Notes under the pieces: model-generated | Database searches by the model: none | Told to the model about the DNA's origin: nothing | The model's input: only the letters and a program-made list of their open reading frames with translations | Shown: positions 55,326-64,000 of the stretch, in pieces | How the letters are laid out: each line of letters opens with the position of its first letter | How positions within the stretch are numbered: position 1 is the stretch's first letter | Made by a program: the position numbers and the translations under genes | Assembly: GCF_009914755.1 (NCBI RefSeq) | Contig: NC_060925.1 | Reading direction: 5' to 3' (one strand) | From: the human T2T-CHM13v2.0 reference genome, Homo sapiens | Length of the DNA stretch: 64,000 nucleotides

Positions 55326-57859
55326 AGTCACTTCTTTCATTTTATTCCCTTGTTCTTTATCTGTCTCCAAAACCACAGAAGAAATGTTCCTTAAGGGAAG
55401 TTCCTTGTCTGGTTCATCCATCTCTGTTTTTCCCAAAGCCCTAGCACAGTGTCTGGCAACCAAACATTTTATAAATGAATACATACAGAACTAAACAGTG
55501 AAGCAGATAGTGTTATGGAACGTATTTCTAAAATCAACTTTGCTCTTTCAATAAGTAATAATTACATATAATACATCTAATATTTAACAAAGCATATATA
55601 CTTTAATTATACAATTTGATGAGTTTTGACACATATAGATGCCTGTATAACCACCACTAGAATCAAGACATAAAACATTAATATTACCTTAAAATATTTC
55701 CTCATGCCCTTCCTTTGTTTATAGCCAGCCTCCCATCCCAGCCCAGGCAGACACTGACCTGCTTTCTAACACTATAGACCAAATTTGTCTTTGTTAGAAT
55801 TTCATATAAATGGGATGATGTAGTATGTCCTCTTTTGTGTTTGGAGTCTTTCTCTTAGCATGTTTTTAAAGATTTATCCCTAGTGTTGCCTATATCAACA
55901 GTGTGTTCCTTTTATACTGTTGAATGTATTCCCTTGAAAGTGTATACCATAATTTGTTTACTGTTCACCTGGTAATTAATATTAGGGTTGTTTCCAATTT
56001 ATGGCTTCTATGAATAAGGTTGCTGTAAACATTCATGTACAAGTCTTTGTATGAACATTTTTTTTTTATATTTTGGGGGTATATAGTGCAAGTGGAATTG
56101 CTATGTCTAATGGCAAATATCATTTAACTTTATGCAAGCTGCCCAACTTCTGCCCAGGTAGTTTTACCATTTCACATTCCCACCAGCTATGTATTAACTT
56201 TCCCGTAGCTCCGCATCTGCACCAAACTTTATATTACCAGTCTTTAAACTTTAGTCATCTGTGTGGATATGTATTGGCATCCCTTTGTGGTTTTCATTTG
56301 AAATTTCTGATGGCTTAATGATATTGTACATCTTTTCATGTACTTCCTGGACAGGTAAAATGTCTGTTTCTTCTCTGGTGAAGTATCTGTTCAAGTCTTT
56401 TGCCCATTCTGTTTTCAGTTGTAAGAGTTCTTTATGTTACTTTTCTTGTGTTCACTTTGTTTATTCGTATTTTTCAAGGAATTTGTGTATTTCAATTATA
56501 TTGTTAAATTTATTGGTAAGAAGTGGTACATAATATTTCCATAATATCATTTTAATATCTGCAGGGTCTCTAGTGATGTCTCAAATTTCATTCCTAATAT
56601 TGGTAATTTGTGTCTTCTCCCTTTGTTACTTGATCAACCTAGCTAATGGTTTATTAACTTTATTGATTTTTTAAAGTTTGATTTAATTGATTTTTCTCTA
56701 TTGCTTGTCCATTTTCTATTTTATTGATGTCTGCTGTTACCTTTACTTTCCTTCTATGCATTTTGGGTTTAATCTGCTTATTTATTTAGATTCTTAGGGA
56801 AATACTTAGTCATTGATTTTAAGCTATTCGTTTTTCTTTTTATAGCATTTTTATAGCATTCAAAGTCATAAATCCCTAAATTTTGTATGTTGTTATGTTT
56901 TCATTTTTATTTAGTTCAAAATATTTCTCTAATTTCACACATGATTTGTTTTTTTGCCCATGGATTATTCAGAAGTATATTGCTTAATTTCTAGTTATCT
57001 GAGAATTTTCCAGATATTTTTCTATCATTGGTTTCTAATTTAATTCCATAGTGGTGAAAAAACAGTCTGTATGATTTTAAATTTTTTTCAATTTATTGAA
57101 AGCCTTGTTTGGGGGCCCAGAATATGATTATCTTGGTGAATATTACATATGGACTTGAGATGAAAGTTTACTCCATTATTGGGTCTGTTGAAGTAGTCTA
57201 TAAATGTCACTTAGGTCAGATTGGTTGAGTATTGTTCATGTTTCCTATATATTTACTGATTTTCTGTCCACTTCTTCTATTGATTATTGAGAGAAGAGTG
57301 CTGCAGTTTCTCACTACTTGCGGATATGTGACCTTCTGCTTTCAGTTCTGTCATTTTTTGTTTCATAAAGATTGATTTTGAAGCTCTGTTATTTAGGGTT
57401 GTTATGGCCTCTTGATGAATTGACCCCTATATCATTGTACAATATTCATCTTTATCCCTCTTAATATTCCTTTTTCAAAAGCCTATTTCATTGATGTCAA
57501 TATAGCTACTGTAGCTTTCTTATGATTTATTGCTTACATGGTATAATTTTTACCTGCCTTTGACTTTTAATCTATTTGTGTTTTCATATCTAAAGTAGAT
57601 TTCTTGTACATAATACATAATTGGTTCTTGCTTTCTAAAAAAATTAGCTTAACAGTCTCTGCCATTTAAATGTAATGTTTGGATCACTTACATTTGATGT
57701 ATTTATTATATGTGTGTGCTGAAGTCTATTATTTTGCTATGTGTTTTCTGTTTGCTCCATCTGTTTTTTTCCCTTTTTTTCTCCCTTCTTTCAGAATATT
57801 TGAGTATTTCTGAGGGTTCTGTCTTTTTCTCCATCTTCATTATTGACCTATTAGCTATA

Positions 57860-58058
57860 CAGTGAGTCTTCTTTTAATGTCATCAATGAATTCTTGGAAA
57901 TGGCAAATTTAAGTGAAACAACACACAGCAGGTCCTTGAATAACATTGTTTCATTATAACATTGATGAGAAAAAAAAACAATTGGTTTGCTATACATCAT
58001 TTCACTTAAAGTCACAGTTTCCAAGAACCTATCCATGACATAAAGTGAGGAGTTATTG
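57860..58058 (+). mobile_element. MER6B-like Tigger MITE with long TIRs
   Basis: TA|cagtgagtc...ttcttggaaa...ttaagtgaaa / tttcacttaaagtcacagtttccaagaa...gtgaggagttattg. Confidence 0.85.
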
Positions 58059-59181
58059 CACTTTATTTTTTAGGGGGCTGTGGTTTACATTATTTATCTC
58101 TGGGTTATCACAGCCTAACTTTAAATTATGCCTTATCATTTCATGTACCAATATTAGAACCTTATAAGAAAATTCTTTTTTCCCCTTTTCCATTTTTTGT
58201 GCTACTGTTATCATAGATTTTGTTTCTGCATATGTTATCAACCTCCTGATACCTTTTTATTGTTTTCATTTTAAACAGGTATTTATCTTTTAAAGGAACT
58301 TAAAATGAGAAACAATTTACTTTATATTTACCCACTTATTTCCAGTGTTCTTTATTCATTGATATAGATTCTTACAATGAAGAATTTCCTCTCACATCTC
58401 TTGTAACACAAGCCTTTCAGTGACAAATTCTCTCAAGTTTTGTATGTCTAGAAAAGTATTTTGCCTTCATTTTTGAAATATATTTTTGCTGGCTCTAGAA
58501 TGCTATGTTAACTGTTTTTCTTTCTGCTCTTTAAAAATATTACTTCATTTTCTTCTACGTTGCATAGTTTTTGACAAGGAGATTCTTGTCATTTTTATCT
58601 TTGTTCCTTTGAGTTTAATGTGTGAGTTTTTTCTCTTCTGCTTTTAAGATTTTTCCCTTTGATACTGGTTTTCCGTAATTTGATTAGCGTGCCTTGGTAT
58701 GGTTTTCTTTGTGTTTTTGCTGCTTGGGATTCCTTGAGTTTCTTAGACTGTGATGTATAGTATCACCAAATTTGGAGAATTTTTAGCTCTATTTCTTTAA
58801 ATATTTTTTCTCTTCCCTTTTTGCAAACTTCTATAACATGTACATGAGATCACTCGATATTGTCGTGCAATTCAATGAGATTCTGCCCATGTTCCCTTCT
58901 GTGCTTCATTTGGATAGTTTCTGTGGGCATGTCTTCAAGTTCTCTAACTTTTTACTCTTCAGTATTTAATTTGATGGATTTAGTCCCATCCAGTTAAGTC
59001 TTAGTTTCAGATGTTATACGTCTAGAGACTTCATTGGTTCTTTATATATCTCCAATATATTTTATCATTATGTTCAGATTTTTCCTTTAAATATTTGGAA
59101 AGAGTTAAAAACAACTTTTAAAATCTTTGCTAATTGCTTTATCTCTGTACTGTCTGGGCCTGTTTCTGTTGACCTTTTATT

Positions 59182-59182
59182 T

Positions 59183-59229
<47 letters not shown>

Positions 59230-59233
59230 TTTT
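59182..59233 (+). repeat. (TTTA)n microsatellite
   Basis: Perfect tetranucleotide array. Confidence 0.97.
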
Positions 59234-62200
59234 TCTGGTGATGGGCTCTGTTTTCCTACTTCTTGGCCTGTCAGGTAATTTTTTATTGAATGTTGGAAAT
59301 TGTTAATTTTACATTTGGGGTTTAGATTTTGTTTTCCTTTAGAGAGTGTATGGCTCTGTTCTGGGGGGTGGCAGTTAATTACTTGTAAGCCACTTTCTAT
59401 TAAGGTGGTTCCAGAGAAGCCTTTACCCTACTAAAATTCTGCTAGGTGTGGCCTTTCTAGGGTTTCTAGTGAATGAGTTGAGTGATTACTGAATCACCAG
59501 GGATAACTCTGGCTGAATTCAAACAATTCCTGAGCCTATGTGAGTTCTGCGAACTTTCAGCTCACTGCTCACAGGTAGATGTTTGCCTGCCTCACCCTAC
59601 ACATAGATGTGTAGAGATTCACCCTACACATAGATGTCTTTGTGTTCAGAAAAGACCCAAGTAGAGGGAGGGGGGCTCTATGCCGATTCTCGGGCTCTTT
59701 TTCTGTAGAGCCCCGTTCTCTCCCGAACTCAACCCTCAGATTCTCTGAACTCATATACTGTCCTTTCAACTCAGCAAATTCCCGGAACTCCACTTGGGAT
59801 CCTCCTCCCTTCTCGACAGCCTGCAGTGTAAGCTCCGGGCAGAACATCAGGGCAGCCATGAGGCTTGCCTTGTTTGTTTCCCTTGTCTCAGGGATCACAG
59901 ATCTGATCTGTCTGTTGCCCAATGTCTGAAAACTGTTGTTTTATATATTTCATCCAATTTTCTAGTTTTTGAAGGCAGGAGGATAAACCCACTCCCTGTT
60001 TTTCTATTATGATTTGAAGCAGAAGGTCTTTATAGAACACATGTTTAAACTGAGTCAAATCTGATTATTTTATCCCCAACCCTGACTCATTCATAATTTA
60101 TTTCAACTGTAACTTATGTGTAGATTTGGTGAGAATAGTTTGTTGTTATTAAGGTCATCAAAGAATAACAATGATCAATGATCGGATGTTTATTACTTAT
60201 CAGTTGTGGTGGTAAGCTTTTTACAACTATTCTTGTATTATCTCTATTGTAAAGTTGAGAAAATTGAGGCTATAGGATAGTAAGGACAAAGTCAGGATTT
60301 AAATTTAAATACTATTCTTTTGTAACCCACACCCATGTGTCTTAAACATCCCAAATCTTTGGTAGAATGAGGAGGCAGGGAAGCGCAATATGTGATTACC
60401 GCACACAGAAGCTCTTCACCAATGTTTTCCAAATTGGGGCAGGATGAAAGAGATATAGGTTCCTCAAAATGTCTGAGTCCTAATTCTTGAGGGATTATAA
60501 TCTATATATTTATAATCTATATTTTATTTATTTCTCAAGGGATTCTTATACACAAACAGATTTGAGAATCACAACTCTGACTGAACTGGGGATTTAATAT
60601 CTTTTCTCATGTTAGGCTTATCTCTAACTGCTTCCAAATGATCACAGGGATTGTATTTCTCTACCCTACACACCTGCAACCCCCCATTGCTCCATAATTT
60701 CAGTATCTACCCTGTGAATTCTGAGACCTCCAGCATCCTCCATCCTACCAAATCAAAAATAAAGGGGGACGTCAGCCATAAAATCTGTTTCACAATAAAC
60801 AGCAAAAGCAGCCATGACTCAATATTTCCTGGCAGTTGCTTACACCTGTCCTCTGTATTTGCATTTAAATACAGTGACTTTTTCTTAGAAAAACCGCAAC
60901 AGTTGGCAGACTTTCCTTTAGCCACTGGTACAAGCTGCATGGAATCCTGAAGCTTCCAGCTACAAAGTCATGCTGATATCAAAACATCATGTTTTAAACT
61001 TTGGGTTGAGTCACTCAGCTCTATAGTCCTCCATGTCCATGGGATTCAAATTCATGAGTTAGACATCTAAAGTCTCTTCCAGCTCTAACAGTGTATTATT
61101 CAAGATACTAGTTTTTTAGTTAACAAGAAAGTTGTCTGTTTTTGTTTTTATCTATTTATTTTTGCTTTAAGGCATTTTTGAAAGAGTTCATTTTAAAAAT
61201 CATATTCTCTGGAATTAACAGTAAAAGTCACAAAAATGTGCGGTAGCATTTCCTGGCAGCCCCAAGTTGCAAAAAATGTACCATGAAGCACCCTTTCCAC
61301 TTCTTAAATGCTCATCAAGGCTCTTTGAAGTGTATATCGTGGCTTACAAAATTTGGTTTGTCAAGGTGAAGAAGATTTATTGATCGAGATGTGGGCAAAC
61401 AGTCAAAGGAAATGCTGAGCATTTGTCTTTTTAAAAACTCTATCTCAAAGTCAAAGCCAACCAGAACATTTCGTATCGCGAATGGCCGAGCAAGGGGAAA
61501 AGGAGATTGTTATCTGTGCTAAGAAGTCACTTCGCCCAGTCTCCTCTATATCCAAATGGGAGTCTTTGGGTTATAAAATATTGATAATTGTTGAATAGCT
61601 CTCACTTAAAGTATAACATTGAGGGTATTTAATTACAGAGGGGCATGCAGCATTTTTAAGCCTAAGTCTGAATTTAATTACCAAGGAAGTGAAAGACAGT
61701 AATAGAATTTGCTGTTTATAATTTTATCCCTGGCTCACTAAGGCAGCCCTAGCCAGCTGTGCAGTCAGTTATTTGCATTTGTTTGATCAGAAAATGATCA
61801 TTGTGTACTATAAAAGCATCATTCATTTCCTATTACCATTGACCCCCAGAGAGTTTCACTCAGAACCTGCCAGGAATTTCAAATGGCAGGTGGTGGGGCA
61901 ATATTTTTCTATGATTAATCACATAGCCCGAATTCAGTGATTACAACTTATTAAAGAGAGCACATTTCCTACTAATAAATGCTTAGTGCCAGAATTCAAA
62001 ACTCAGAAGGTACAGAAGACTTAGAAAGAAGGTGGATACCAAATTGCAAAAGAAGAGAGCTTACCCATGGACTTCCCTAGGGAAATGAACTCTCACTGGG
62101 CTCTCGTTTGCTTATATTAGAACACAACCCATCAAGAGCCAGTTTGCTTCAACAGTATACATTTCACATTCTATTCACTCTAAGGGCTTTATAGCTAAAT

Positions 62201-62307
62201 ATGATTGTGAAGACTCAGGACTTAATTTTTGAAGCTCAACTTATCCACTGCTTGCTTAATCCTAACAAACTTGGTAGAGGCTCTCTGAAAAACTTGGTCT
62301 AAAAACC

Positions 62308-62459
62308 AATTAGAAGACATGGTGACATGTGCCTGTACTCCCAACTACTCAGGAGATTGAGGCAGGAGGATAGCTTGAGCCTAGGAGTTTGTGTCCAGCC
62401 TGGGCAATATGGCAAGACCCTATCTGTAATAAATAAATAAATAAAGTAAGTAAATAAAA
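62308..62459 (+). mobile_element. Alu monomer (FLAM_A-like)
   Basis: catggtgacatgtgcctgtactccca...gcttgagcctaggagtt...cctgggcaatatggcaagaccc plus (taaa)n. Confidence 0.85.
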
Positions 62460-62994
62460 CCAAGTATGAAACAATGACGTGGCATTCTCTAACCAGTTGC
62501 ATTTGCCCACAGAAAATGGTATGGTGTCCTAAGAAAAGTCCTATTCACACTTGAATACTAAATTCATGCTTGAATACTAGATTTCCATTCCTATAACTTT
62601 AGCCTCTTTGCCCTTCTTTGCTCCTTTGACAGCCTCTAAACTGTCTCCTGGAGTTAGTTTCATCCTCTTCTAATCCATTCTATAGGAAACCTCTTGACTG
62701 CAAGTTTTATAGAAATGTGACATGCTCCCAGTCTCCTACCTAAAGAAAAGGCTTCCAGTAACAGAATGGACTAGGTTATGCTGTGGACATAAATGGTGGC
62801 CAAATCTAGTGACTTATAAAAACAAAGATTTATTTCTCATTCACCCTCTCCATCAGTTTTGAGCCATGGAAGGGAGAGAGGAGTTGATGCCTTTTTAACT
62901 TCTTACTCAGGAACCAAGACAAGCCATCACTATCTTGTGTGGCACCCAATGAGTGTGGTGGGGGAGGAAGCATAGCAAATAGCAAAATCCCACA

Positions 62995-63373
62995 TGTATT
63001 AGTTTGTTTTCACATACTTTAAAGAACTGCCTGAGACTGCATAATTTATAAGGGAAAGAGGCTTAATTGACTCACAGTTCAGCATGGCTAGAGAGGCTGC
63101 AGGAAACTTACAATCATGGCAGAAGGCAAAGAGGAAGCAAGGCACCTTCTTCACAAGGCGGCAGGAAGGAGAAGTGCTGAGTGAAGAGGGAAGAGCCCCT
63201 TATATAATAAAACCATTAGATCTCATGAGAACTTACTACTACAAGAACAGCATGAGGAAAATGGCCTCCGTGATTCAGTTACCTCAACCTAGTCTCTCCC
63301 TTGACACACAGGGATTATGGGGATTACAATTCAAGATGAGATTAGGGTGGGGACGCAAAACCTAACCATATCA
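62995..63373 (-). mobile_element. THE1D-like solo LTR inside an older MLT1 LTR (~62765-63545)
   Basis: TG...CA termini; perfect 5-bp TSD ccaca (62990-62994, 63374-63378); THE1 motifs ggaaacttacaatcatggcagaagg and caattcaagatgagatt. Confidence 0.93.
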
Positions 63374-64000
63374 CCACACTAGCTCTTAGTGGCTTTGGCT
63401 AAGAAGTACTTCTGCTTGCACTTTGCATGGCCAATCAAGCCACGTGGCCATGCCTGGTGGATGAGCAGGGAGGTGCAATCTGATCATGGGGCCAGGAGGA
63501 GAGACCTGAAAACATTGGTGAACAGTATGAATAACTACATAGGCTAATGTTCTGGTCACCAAATCATTTACCTTCTTTCTTATATAAAATACCCTCTCCC
63601 CTTAGCAAAGTTTCATTTAGGCATGACAGTAAGCTCAAAGTCCAAGATCTCTGGGTGATGTGGGATAGTCTCTATGTCAGATCTGGATCCAGAACTAGAA
63701 CATTCCAGCCCATTCTTTGTGCCAAGACCCACATCCACTGTTCATTTCAAGATAAAATCTTCCTATTTGCTCTGTTTCTCTGCTTTCTCACTGCCTCCCT
63801 TTATTCTCAACTTAATCTACTGCATCTTGAACCAATCAAGTGTTAGTGGGAGAATCACATTCTTATTTTCTTTTCCCTGAGATATTTGGCCCAATTGATA
63901 GGATTTGCTGGACCACATCTTGGCAGGATCTTTATTAGAGATTCCTTAATCCATTCAGAGGTTTTTAGCAAAGGAGATGATGGCTGTACCTTTCATTTGA

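Larger units (their letters stand above)
55525..60020 (-). mobile_element. Long degraded L1M (3'UTR, ORF2 and more 5' regions, with deletions)
   Basis: T-rich strand with L1 antisense motifs: tacaatttgatgagttttgaca, ttcctaatattggtaatttgtgtcttctc, gtttctaatttaattccatagtggt, ttgccttcatttttgaaa. Confidence 0.8.

Noticed and set aside
57860-58058. Long imperfect hairpin
   Set aside because: Explained by the terminal inverted repeats of a MER6B-type MITE.

Overview
This is a primate (human-like) nuclear window that looks intergenic or intronic. I see no recognisable protein-coding gene, rRNA, tRNA, CRISPR array or CpG island. By eye, half or more is interspersed repeat: about 13 Alu/FLAM elements (J and S subfamilies), many MIR and L2 relics, old L1M fragments, MaLR LTRs (MLT1, MST, THE1) and DNA-transposon MITEs (MER2, MER5, MER6, MER30, MER45A, MER103, MER112). 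One 4.4-kb L1PA6/7-type element keeps its 5'UTR, ORF1 and the first ~60% of ORF2 but has lost its 3' end. Most ORFs in the supplied track are repeat-derived or chance ORFs. The most notable observations are: (1) an uninterrupted, strong-Kozak L1 ORF0 homolog (110 aa) followed by a same-orientation THE1 poly(A) signal; (2) a perfect 43-bp inverted repeat with a 7-nt loop and pre-miRNA-like geometry; (3) several other fold-back or templated-insertion scars; (4) a local ~200-bp duplication; (5) a tail-less Alu; (6) a nest of four transposons; (7) repeat-free blocks with enhancer-like motifs or exon-like splice signals. Repeat families were assigned from remembered consensus sequences, not from a search, and boundaries of old repeats are approximate. 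I could not identify the locus and found no well-supported new multi-gene system.
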